Origin: Sarea resinae
Lineage: Eukaryota
DNA: 20,000 nucleotides
Direction: 5' to 3'
Assembly: GCA_026026165.1 (NCBI GenBank)
Contig: JAPEUD010000013.1
Coordinates: 489,594 to 509,593, forward strand
Position numbers and translations under genes: made by a program. Shown here piece by piece: positions 10,095 through 20,000 of the stretch. The notes under the pieces were generated by a model. The model did no database searches. It was not told where the DNA came from and saw nothing but the letters and a program-made list of their open reading frames with translations. The first letter of the stretch is position 1. Every line of letters begins with the position of its first letter.

Positions 10095-12142
10095 TCAGTA
10101 CCCTCTCCTCTGCACCGCAAACCCGTAACCCGCATTCCCAGCCCCAGGCCCTCCCCGACCATAACCACCAGCGTCCAGCAACTCACTCCCTCCAGGGCCA
10201 GCGCCAGTACTAGGCATGCCGAGACCAGCCCGACGTTGCCAGCTTTCTTCCACCGCAGAACTAGTAGTGGTGGCATTATTCGTACTTGCCGTAGATGATG
10301 ACACGCCACCCTCGCTGCGGGTGTCATAGGCTTGCACGTGTTGCGAGACAGATCCGTGGCCCATCTGAACACCCGACGACGGTAGATCAGAGGCCGACGT
10401 CATGCCCACATTCCTTCCTCCAGCATAGTACCTGGCCTCGCTATCGAGCGTACTAGCACACGAACTGCTCTGGCTAGCGCTTCTTCCCTTTCCTCGCTCA
10501 TCCCCATCGTCTCCGTCCTCGTCATCATCGTTATTGCTGCTGCCGTTGTGATTATTAATCGAGGCAAAGATGCGGCGGTCCTTGCCGCGACCTTTAATTC
10601 CTTTGTTGGCGTTCTTGTAAAGGGAGGCGAAATACTCCCAGAGGTCCTTGTCTTGGGCCGACACGGGGTCGCCCTCACGCATGGTAGCGAAGCGCTCGGT
10701 CAGTTTGCGGAGGGAGTTGGCGTGGAATTTGTTTTGGTGGGACTTCAAGATTGTTAGCCAGGACTTTTGGTTGCTCATGGACTGCTAGCTGTCTTCAAGA
10801 TATGGTGGCAACAAGCAAATACGAGAGAGTAAGAAAACCTAAGAAATGGGTTTTCGAGAGTGGGGTAAAAGTGATGAACCAACGGACCTTCAAATTCCCA
10901 AGCTGACTAAATTGTTTATCGCACGAGTCTAGCCGGCAGGTGAACGGCTTGGTGTTTTGATGGACGATCTTGTGTGCGCGGACGTTGCCGCGTTGTGCAA
11001 AAGCTTTGCCGCACTCGTCACATTGATAGGGACGCTCGCCGGTGTGTCGACGCTCGTGTGTCTAGAGAACAAGGACATCAGCGGATAAGTGGAGATAATT
11101 CGGGCAGAGGCAGTCTAAACGGGCGTCTGGAAAGAGCGATGTTAGAGGATGGATATGAAAAGGGATGACTACCTTGAGATTCCCTAGCTGGCTGAAACGC
11201 TGTCCACAAGATGGTTCTCTACACACCTGCATAGTTCGGCAACATCAGCATTTATCTCTTGGCGTAGGCCTCCAGCGGAGACTGCCGCTCATCCCAAATG
11301 ACAATGGAAGACTCAAGGCAACTAACAAAAGGTTTGAAACCAGTATGGGCTCTCGTGTGAATCTCCAGATGTGTCTTCTGATAGAAGCTTTTATAGCAGC
11401 CCGGCACCTCACACTGATATCTTTTCTTCGCCTTCGATCTTGCCCCGTGCTGTTGCTGAGGGCTTGTTTCTCCAGTGACGACATTGTTCGAATGGCTGGC
11501 CGTTTCGTTGGTCCAGTCGTTGTATACGTTGTCATACGGAATATTGAAGCCAACCTGCGGTTGACGATTGGAGAAGTAGGAAGTTGATGGACGAATTTCT
11601 GGAGAAACGGTCGGAGATTGCTGTTGTTGACCTGGCTGAGATTTGGCCTGGATTGCTTTCATCAGGGTATCTACACCCGTGGCAAAGCGGCCCTCGTCGG
11701 TCGAATTGGTAGGTCCAGCGATGTCGTGTTCCATATAGGAGTTGATGGGATAGTAGGTCGACCCCGAGCGCATTGGCATCTCTTCCTCCGCTTTGACGTG
11801 AGCGCTCCTATCGCTGACAGGCATGGCGTTCCGTGCTTCCCGCACCGGCGGTAGGTCTCTGGACGCTGGTGTTCGTCCCACGTGCATGTGGGAAAGGCTG
11901 TGGGGCAGATAGGTGGGGTTTGGGCCATGGGAATAAGGGCTATAGCTCGTGGTCGCTGGGAGACTGTTGAAGCCATATCCACTGGGGGGGAGAGACATCA
12001 AATTCCCCATGCTACTGTTCGAATATGATAGCATATTCAAGTCGGCAGGGCCCCCAATTGTTCCAGCACTGGCGAGGGGAGGAGAATCAGACGCAGACCG
12101 CGGGCCTAGGCCGTAGGGAGCGACTAGGCCAGGAATATCCAT
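10095..12142 (-). CDS. AZF1: Azf1-type C2H2 zinc-finger transcription factor, four fingers (563 aa from the ATG at 12142; 585 aa if the CTG at 12208 is used)
   Basis: Exons 12142-11327, 11226-11173, 11061-10888, 10742-10095. The fingers read [114 protein letters not shown]. They are followed by the Azf1 hallmark [18 protein letters not shown]. The start codon is uncertain. Confidence 0.92.
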
Positions 12143-12387
12143 CAAGATTTCGTCCCTGTCCCTGCGCCGCCAGTCCGAGGCCGGGTACAAGGGCTCGGCG
12201 ACGGCCAGCTTTGCGGTATTCTGATGCCCCAAGCTAAACAAGAAGTTGCTTGCAACCGGGTAAGAGGGCGCTCTGGTAGAACTCGACTGATGAATGGCGC
12301 AAAGACGATGTCTTTTGATGATGTGACAGATATGTAAGATTAGATGAGAGACAGCGATGAGTGGAAGCAACAGATGTCAACGAGCTT

Positions 12388-12478
12388 CTGTGGCCATGTC
12401 GGGTCAGAGAAGCTGTTATTCGCGTTCAAGCAAGCTATGGGGCTCTGCACGAGAACTGCATTGAGACTTATAACTGAC
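12388..12478 (-). other. Candidate 5'-UTR intron of AZF1 (91 nt) containing an upstream ATG
   Basis: GAC|GTCAGT ... TCTGAC-CCGACATGGCCACAG|: donor, branch site and CAG at normal spacing. The transcription start is unknown. Confidence 0.4.
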
Positions 12479-13053
12479 GTCTGTTGTCCAAGCAAGGACA
12501 ATAGCTGACAACAAATAAGCCGAGCAAGGCGTGACGGGCTCGTGGAGAGGCAGAGGCGCGCGGGACAACGAGCCGGGCCGCCACGGAGGGCAAGAGCGAG
12601 AACAGGGCAGTACTATCAGAGAAGCTCTCGAACATCTTGACGGCGATATGAGCAACGTAAAAAGCACAGGAAAAAGGTATGCCGCGGGAGGGAGCCCTGC
12701 CATTTTCCCTGGCATGCCATGCCGGTCATGCATGCGACCCGAAGACCGAGCTTCTTTCGCACTCGAAGATTACAGGTAAGGTTCTCTCCTGCTCCCTTCT
12801 CAAACACCGCCGTCAGAAAAGATCTCTGTCAGACTGGCGGTATCCCCCACATGAGTGTGCCTCAACCCAGGATCATTACATGACAATGGCGAGTGGTCTC
12901 CTCGGGGCCCCTTGTGTCGGTGGCTTGTCCGTGTGTAGTCGCCGTAGCAGTACGAGACGACGCGCGAAGCACGAACCCGGGTGGTGTGGGGGTTAGCAGA
13001 GGTAGGTCGTCGTTCCGGACGAAGTACTGCTAGCAGCAGTGCAGTCGAGTACT

Positions 13054-13101
13054 GTCTGCTCGTCTGCTCGTCTGTTCATCTGTTCGTCTGTCCGTCTGCT
13101 C
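13054..13101. repeat. Tandem repeat, 6 x 8 bp (consensus GTCTGYTC)
   Basis: gtctgctc gtctgctc gtctgttc atctgttc gtctgtcc gtctgctc, read directly from the sequence. Confidence 0.85.
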
Positions 13102-13569
13102 CCCACCACGCTTCTCATGTGCGTTCGACAGACCGTGGCAGCTCCACGCGGGCCACTCACAAATCTTTCAGGTAATAATGTAACAATGAGACGCGACAGC
13201 AAGGCAGATCTTATCGGGCAAAGATGTCGGTCTGCCAGAAAGTGAATGCTAGATCCATGCTCTGCTCCCATGCCAAGTCGACAGGGTGCCGCTGGAAGCC
13301 TGGCTGGGGTAGGGAGGAGTACTCTATGTACTCCGTACTGTACGCTGTACTGCGCTGCACTCGCTCCGAGAACAGAGCAGGGGGCCCGGTGCAGGGGGCC
13401 GGTGCAGGGAGAGGGGGAAAGGGGGGTGCGTTCGAGGCTTTTGACATCACCATCTTGTATAGCAGCACCGCTAATCTGTAACATTTTCATCGCAGGACAA
13501 TGTAGTCTCGAGCACGCAAGCACATCATCTCGACTTCTGCAGAATCGAAAGGTGTGGCCGCCCATTTGC

Positions 13570-13600
13570 AGCAGGTAGGGAGCAGGTAGGTAGCAGGTAG
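13570..13600. repeat. Three copies of AGCAGGTAG at 11-bp spacing
   Basis: Copies at 13570-13578, 13581-13589 and 13592-13600. Confidence 0.8.
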
Positions 13601-13644
13601 AAGGTCGAATGGGGAACGCCTGATGTTGACCTGTAGAGGAGCTA

Positions 13645-13662
13645 CTACGTAGTACTACGTAG
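13645..13662. repeat. Perfect 18-bp palindrome CTACGTAGTACTACGTAG (two CTACGTAG units)
   Basis: The sequence equals its own reverse complement. Confidence 0.85.
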
Positions 13663-16600
13663 ATGAGGTCTCGAGAGCCCCCACTCGGTCGTGGCCGGAG
13701 ATGGAGTCTCTGATAATAATACCAAGTAATACAAAGTGACACCCCATGAGTTCATCACTCACCCTCTCCCCAGCCTTACCCTCGGCGCTCATTCACTGTA
13801 ATCTCGCACGCTCTAGCTGTAGTCGACCTCTTTGAGGCGATGGGGAGGGGGGGCCCTGAGAAGCTGCAGGCTCTCACGATCGTGTTATACGCGAGTACGA
13901 AACAGTATGGCGGCGACCTTTCCACGATCAATTTGCATAAGACCCTCGGCCATTATCAGCTTCACGATCCGGTGCAACGATGCATCTTGACGATTTACAT
14001 CGATTTCGTGCCAAGGGAATGAACAATTATTGGCGTCTGAGACTTTAAATTGACCAAGGAAAAGAACACACATAGCTCTGATTGTGATCAAAGGGCGGGG
14101 TCGAGTGCCATAGAAGCAATGCATTTTACTGCAGATTTCAACAAGAATGAACTCTTCGATATGGTAGGTAGCCTTCGTCGACTGCGGATCCTGTAGGGAT
14201 CTTGCCAGTTAAAGGGACAAGGAAAGTCAACAGTCTACCACCTCGCCTATCCCTTCCCGGTCATAAATGATGGGGAAGGAAATATGCGCAGCCCCCATGC
14301 TATGGAGTTTATTATTATGAGTGTGGGGTATCGACCTCATGCTTTATCGGACGGAGGGCGGAACACAGACACCCCGCAGCGGGAGCGCCCTATGGGGTAG
14401 GCCTGTGAGGCCGAGATGACTTCTCACCCAGAGGAGAAATGGATATGGTAGCAATCCTGATGATTGTAACTATAATGGTAATTATAAGAGAATGGGGAGA
14501 GGAGAGAAACATCATCTTCGACTGTTGATAGAAAGACGAGTAGTGAGTGCATCCTCGACCTTCCTGCTCTGAGCGCCCGTGCCGCCGCCCCATTGATTTG
14601 TTTATCCATGTGTTTGGTTCATCTGGTCAGTCGCCAATGGAACTCATTGCTGTTCATTCGTCCATCCATTCAATCACTGATTATACAAGACTATCCGACT
14701 AGGAGATAGGTACAGTAGAGATACCTTAGATGCTGCACGAATTAGCCTACAAGCAGAATCGTGATCATCATAAGAGGAATGATATACATCGGTCTAAACA
14801 GGACGGCGAGCAGCGTTGTAGTATTGTTGATCCTTACTGGTGGCTCATCTCGCCGTTGACTCCTGGGGAAAGTAATTCAGGGAGGTAATAATGTGGTTAT
14901 TCGTAAAGGTACCGGAGGTCAGGTTGAGTGGAGGTAATGCGTTGATTAGTACGAAGTTACCTTAGTAGTGGGAGTAGTAGGAGCAACTATTTAGTAACGG
15001 CCCCTCGGGCCCAGCAGCGTGTGTGACCCATCTCGGTAGGTCTACGCCTGCCACAACTAGACTCAAGGGGGCAGCTCCTTATTCGAATAATCTCCAGCTA
15101 TCTGATCAACATATTCTGTAATCTGTAATCGTCATCACCACCCTTCGTCTGGGATCCCAGATGCATGCATGCGCCGTATGAAGTTCCTTGTACGAAGGTA
15201 CTAATCCGGCCTACCTTACCCTCCAGCTCTCTAGAGTATCTGAGCATCGCAGGAACAGCAGCCACCACCTTTTTCAGAAGCTTCCCCTGTCAATCTTCAA
15301 GTGTCAGAAGAGAGTCAGAAGGTAAAATGTAGTCAAGATCAACATAGTCAAATTCGAACAACCAGCCGCACATGGGATCTCGGAGCGGCCCTTTCCATTC
15401 CACACCGTCCGTATCCACTCCCACCACCATGGCCAATATTACCCGGTACTGGCCGTCCGCCGTCAATCACCACCACACCTCCTGCCAGAAACACCCCCAA
15501 TCAGTCATCGAGACTAACCCCCATCCCCCCAACCGCCCTACTGCCCAAATCTGCACATCCCCGCGCGCTTCTCCCACCCTCTCTTTCTCCCTTCCTGACC
15601 CGGCTTTCCCACTGCTCATTCAGGTAATCAGCTCGAGGCAGCAATCCACAGGGCCGAGGGGCCCTACCTAATCGTACTTCGTATACTTGAACCTACCCTA
15701 GCTTGAGCCACCTCCTAATTCCATCTGCGGAAGCTACTCGATACCCTACCTGACAGCATTGGAAGCCAACGCACCCGGGGGCATTATTGGGGCACTCAGC
15801 CCACTCAGGGTCCATCCAACTACCTAAGCTTGCCTACCTTACCCAAGGTACCATACATTTTTACCTTACCTTAGGCACGACGGATCCTAGACCTGGGACT
15901 TCAAAAGCATCACCGCCTCAAACTTTCAGACATACTGCGCAGTAGTACTTCCCTTTTCCAGCCTTAGGAGAAGTTGATTACCATATCAAAACCCCCGTGC
16001 ACTTTTCACACGTCAGTGCTTCGAGTTCCTGGCTCGGTAGGTGAGCCAACACGAACGCGACTTGACGCGGAGATCGGCAACAACCGCTGTCTCTCCGCCC
16101 TGTCCGCGCAAGGGTAGATGTCGAAGCCTGGTGGAATTATTGTTCTCCGGTCAGCGGGTATCAGAGGCGCGTGAGTGAGACAAGACGAAACCAGACACGT
16201 TGATCGTTGTGCATTTCCATCCTTCCCGAAAGTCCCAGATCTGAATGCTAACATAACACCACGACCACGAAAACGATCGCTACGACCGCTACAACCTTCT
16301 GCTTCTCCCAATTCTTTCGCCATGCTCCCCCATCTCCTCCACACCTCCTCCATCCCTCCTTCCTCCGATCTGGATGATTGTGAACGAAAATGACGATAGT
16401 GGTTACCAAGTAACGTAGATATAGATAGAGTGTACGAGAAGATAAACCACCTGCCGTCCTGCCTTCCCCTTCCATCTTAAACCACCATTATCATGGCTGT
16501 CAGTCCGATCCAGGCAACAGGACAGTCGCGCGACGCAGCCGTCTACTTCTCATCCTCCGGCTCTTGCGATCGAGTGAAATCGAAGCCAGGAACAGCATTC

Positions 16601-17593
16601 ATGCTCGCGGCACCTTCCCCATTATTCCATTGTTGGATCATATCCAGTCGACCAGTGAATCGATGAGCAAGGCACACATGATCCACCCACCCGACGAATG
16701 CATTACTTCAACTAGATACGCGCTCGAATCTTTCAATTGATCAATACATTGACATACAGTCATACACCGCACTTCTGCAGCCACAGCCATGACCCGATTT
16801 GAAAAGAGAAAAGAGATCCGTGGATAACCGCTGGTCTCGGTCGGCCATACATACCATGTGGTAAACGGCTGGCACGAACGAGAACCGGTCAATCCATCTG
16901 CTTGTCTTATCACTCACCCACTCACACATTCGGCGATTCCGCATGTGACATGATGAGAGATGCTGCTCGATCACCCAACCTTGAAAGGGTTGACGATGCG
17001 AGACGTCCGCCCTCGGGGAAAATGATGCATTGTGTCATTTGAGCTGAAACGCTGCTCAGAGCATTGTAGGCAAAGAACTTTCCATTTTTATTGGAATACG
17101 ACAACATGGAGAACAATTGCCAAAGACGGAAAATTGACAGAAAGACACCTGGAAGCGAAAGGACCCCGCTTGGTAAGACAACTGGAGAAAGCACAATCGA
17201 CTTTCCTTGCGGAGAGCCCCAGTAAAAAGGCAAACGGGAGGCCTCTCTTCGCAATGTCCTCATTCATGCCTCGTCAAACCAGCAGGTACATGGGAGAATG
17301 CACAAAACGCGATCGTATCCGACCCTCAATCCATAATATTTCGTTTATCACGGTCCCAAAAAGTAAGAGTCTTCAGCGCAGCGGCGGTAGAATGCGCGCG
17401 ACAGGTAGGCACAGCAGACCGCGGCATCCATATAGATGCCCACCTAAGCTCTTCCTGAACAAGAGATTGGAATTCTTTTCCTCCTCCCAACCCGATGAAT
17501 CGGCTAGTCGATCAGTGGTAGACAATATAACAACATTATTCTATGACCGTACCAGCAAGCGTCAACGATTGCATCTCTTCTCTTTCGGCATAA

Positions 17594-19834
17594 TTAAGGC
17601 ACGTATGGCCCGTAACTAACAACAAAGAAATGTTAGCACAAGCGATACAGATGTATCCCAGATATTTCCAAAGCTGGGGGAATATGAATGGCCAACCAAA
17701 AGCGAAAGAGATGGACCAAGTGGTGCAGAAAAGAAAAATGCCGAGAAACTGACCTCCAAATACGCGCGCGCATATCTCCGCTGCCAGTGGCGAAAAGGTT
17801 GCCCGTAGGACTCGGGGCAACTGAGATGACTATACAAGAGAACCAGAGATTAGCTGAGAATGAACCGATCTCGGGGAATTTCTGGGCAGCTACCGGAGTT
17901 TTTATGCCCTTGAAGCATTAGTTGAGTATTGCCAGTCCGACGGTCCCAGAATTGGACGCCTCTGTCTTTGGAACCGCTCAACACCCATTGGCCGTCAGGG
18001 GTCAAAGCCACACTCAGAACGAAGTCCTGGATTCCTCAAGATTAACCTCGTTCTAGCATGCCATTAAGGGACAAAGGATCTCTCAAGCAAACAGCAAAGA
18101 TATTTAATCAGACTGTTTCGAGGGTGACATATTCATGCGTACCTTGTGGCCCTCAAAAGTTCTCACACATTTCCCTCCCTTTGGTCCACTTCCAGGAAGC
18201 ATACCTCTAGGGGGAGTCAATTCCCACATCTTGATTGTCTTGTCTAAGCTTCCGCTAACAAGGTCCCTGCCGTCAGGGGCGAATGCGACTGAGTAGACGC
18301 TGTCCTTGTGACCTTCCGGACCCTCAAGTCGCTCAACAAGATAGCCGCTAGTAGCATCCCAGACGCGAACACTCTTGTCGAGCGAGCCAGCAGCCACATA
18401 TCTGGCATCGGGAGAGATTGCGACAGTTGTGACACCATCTTCGATACTTAGGACCAGGGTCTGCTGGCCAGCTTCGACATCCCAAAGACGAACGGTGCGG
18501 TCTCCACTGCCAGACGCGATAAGCCGCCCATCACGAGCAAAGTCAAGCGAATAGATGTCCTGCTCATGTCCAGTGAAAGTGTGTTTGATGGTACGAGATT
18601 GAATATCCCAGACCTGATAAACGGAATTTGATTAGCTCCGTGGTAAATAGCCTTCGATGCACGTAGATGCCATCTTACCCTAATTTGCCTATCCTCTGCT
18701 CCGGTGGCAAGGTATCTGCCATCGGGGCTGAAGCAGACACTCCGAATATATAAATCTCCATCCTTGTCCACGGAATCATCTTGGAGATGTGAGACCATCT
18801 TCCCATTCGTGACATCAAAGATCTGAGCCGATCGATTACAGCCAGTGGCAACGTATTTTCCGTCATTGCTGAACCTCACGCAGCAAACGACACTGTCGTG
18901 AGAGAGTGTGTGCACGAGATCGACGTCGAGAACGCGCGGGACACGAGGATTGAAGACCGCAAACCAGTCAGAACCTTCTCTTTTTTGATTTGGGGCTAGA
19001 CGGTCTGGATCGAGATCCGCAAGATTGTTTCCAACGTTCGGAATCGCCCCTGGTGGTGGGGGTGGCGTTGGGCGAGGGACTTGAGGCGATGCTCTTGGAT
19101 CAGGATAGGGAGCTTGATGATTTTGCTGCGGTGTGGCGGGCCCTGGTGGACCGCGGGTATTGCGAACCTTAGCAGGACCAGGAGATGCAGGTGCTTGTGG
19201 TAACTGAGGGCCATAACCTGTTGGGAGCAAAAAGTGTGAGCCAGACGCCCAGAAGAAATTTGGATTCGAATCTGCGGCTTTTCAACAGCAGTCGCTGGTC
19301 GGAAAGCGGGTCATGGTCATGCTTACCATTGACACCAGGACCCCCTTGGTAACCTTGAAATGGACCTTGCTGCGATGGGGGAGGCCCAGGTTGCTGCAAC
19401 GGAGGAGGCTGCGGCATTTGATGCGGTGGTGGAGGTGGGGGTTGTTCCTGTGGAGGAGGCGCAAGTCCTGGACCCCCTTGCCCGCCTTGTCCGGTCATTA
19501 TACCTCCGAATAGATTGCTCGGTCCATGTCCAATCGAAGGAGGTGGAGGCTGGGACGGGCCTGTGTGCTGGGGGGGACCACCAATGTGAGACTGTTGGGA
19601 AGGGCCTCCGCGGGCCTCAAGTTCCCGGTGAAGCCGCTGAATCTCATCATCATATCTAGATAACGTTATAATGCTGTCAGCATTTTGTTCAAGAACGCAC
19701 TCAAAGGAAAGTAGATATCCGTGTTGGCGCTTGGATTTAGATGAGAGCTCACTTTTGTTTGATGCTGATCTGCGCCTGCTCTAATTGAAAGACTTTTTGC
19801 CGCACCATTTCCATCTCATTCAATTGGTTGGCAA
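17594..19834 (-). CDS. TUP1: Transcriptional co-repressor Tup1/RcoA/Rco-1 (Tup_N coiled coil, Pro/Gln-rich linker, WD40 propeller); first exon(s) lie beyond the window
   Basis: Exons 19834-19753, 19655-19327, 19217-18679, 18613-18143, 18026-17894, 17829-17754, 17615-17594. Translation includes [43 protein letters not shown] (Tup_N), [79 protein letters not shown] and [14 protein letters not shown]...[20 protein letters not shown]. Confidence 0.97.
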
Positions 19835-19965
19835 CTGTAACGAAGAGTCTGCGTCAGTTATAGGCTCGATTCTCCCGTGTCACCCTTCCAACCGCTCCGT
19901 CGTTGCTGCGCATCAAGTGCCATTCAAGAAGATGCCAGAGCATCTGTAAGTATGCCTGTCCAAAC

Positions 19966-19993
19966 GGGGGGGGGGGGGGGGGGGGGGGGGGGG
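19966..19993. repeat. G28 homopolymer (poly-C on the TUP1 sense strand), within a TUP1 intron
   Basis: 28 consecutive G, upstream of the branch/acceptor (CTGAC...TTACAG at 19835). Confidence 0.8.
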
Positions 19994-20000
19994 AGAAGGG

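Noticed and set aside
11062..11172. Possible stwintron (nested intron) in AZF1 intron 2
   Set aside because: Removing the internal 46-nt unit leaves AAG|ACGCCC, which does not rebuild a GT/GC donor. It is an alternative acceptor, not a twin intron.
12993..13742. 249-aa minus-strand ORF and overlapping ORFs upstream of AZF1
   Set aside because: Non-ATG start, no recognisable domain, and it runs through GC-rich simple repeats that suppress stop codons. Probably spurious.
17032..17619. 195-aa plus-strand ORF
   Set aside because: Non-ATG start, antisense to the TUP1 last exon and 3' UTR, and no recognisable motif.
19880..19945. Possible cassette exon in the TUP1 intron (TTACAG|ATGCTC...GAAGG|GTGACA)
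   Set aside because: No convincing branch site upstream, a weak donor, and the upstream exon is outside the window so the frame cannot be tested.
1..20000. tRNA, rRNA, snRNA/snoRNA, transposon or CRISPR-like arrays
   Set aside because: I recognised no cloverleaf or A/B boxes, rRNA signatures, terminal repeats, transposase/RT motifs or spacer-separated repeats by eye. A covariance-model scan would be needed to exclude small RNAs.

Overview
A gene-dense, intron-rich stretch of a filamentous ascomycete (Pezizomycotina-type) nuclear genome. I reconstructed the exons by hand from splice and branch signals, and each complete gene model sums to whole codons. There are eight protein-coding genes, in order: the 3' end of a TRAPP subunit Trs33/TRAPPC6 (+); a non-mitochondrial NAD malate dehydrogenase (-); 60S ribosomal protein L28e (-); a small DUF2015/UPF0357 membrane protein (+); splicing factor SF3B4/Hsh49 (-); a mitochondrial FAD/folate carrier Flx1/SLC25A32 (+); an Azf1-type C2H2 transcription factor (-) with about 5 kb of non-coding upstream DNA; and most of the co-repressor Tup1/RcoA (-), whose 5' end lies outside the window. 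I saw no transposon, tRNA, rRNA or CRISPR array. The most interesting signals are post-transcriptional. (1) A cryptic intron starts inside the last MDH codon and has tandem acceptors 4 nt apart, giving ...PPPK* or ...PPPKL* (a PTS1-like peroxisomal signal). (2) AZF1 has an in-frame CUG in near-ideal Kozak context 22 codons upstream of a weak-context AUG. (3) AZF1 also has a competing 'poison' acceptor in intron 2 and a candidate uORF-containing leader intron. (4) FLX1 needs a GC-AG intron. Protein identities come from motif recognition, not from a database search.
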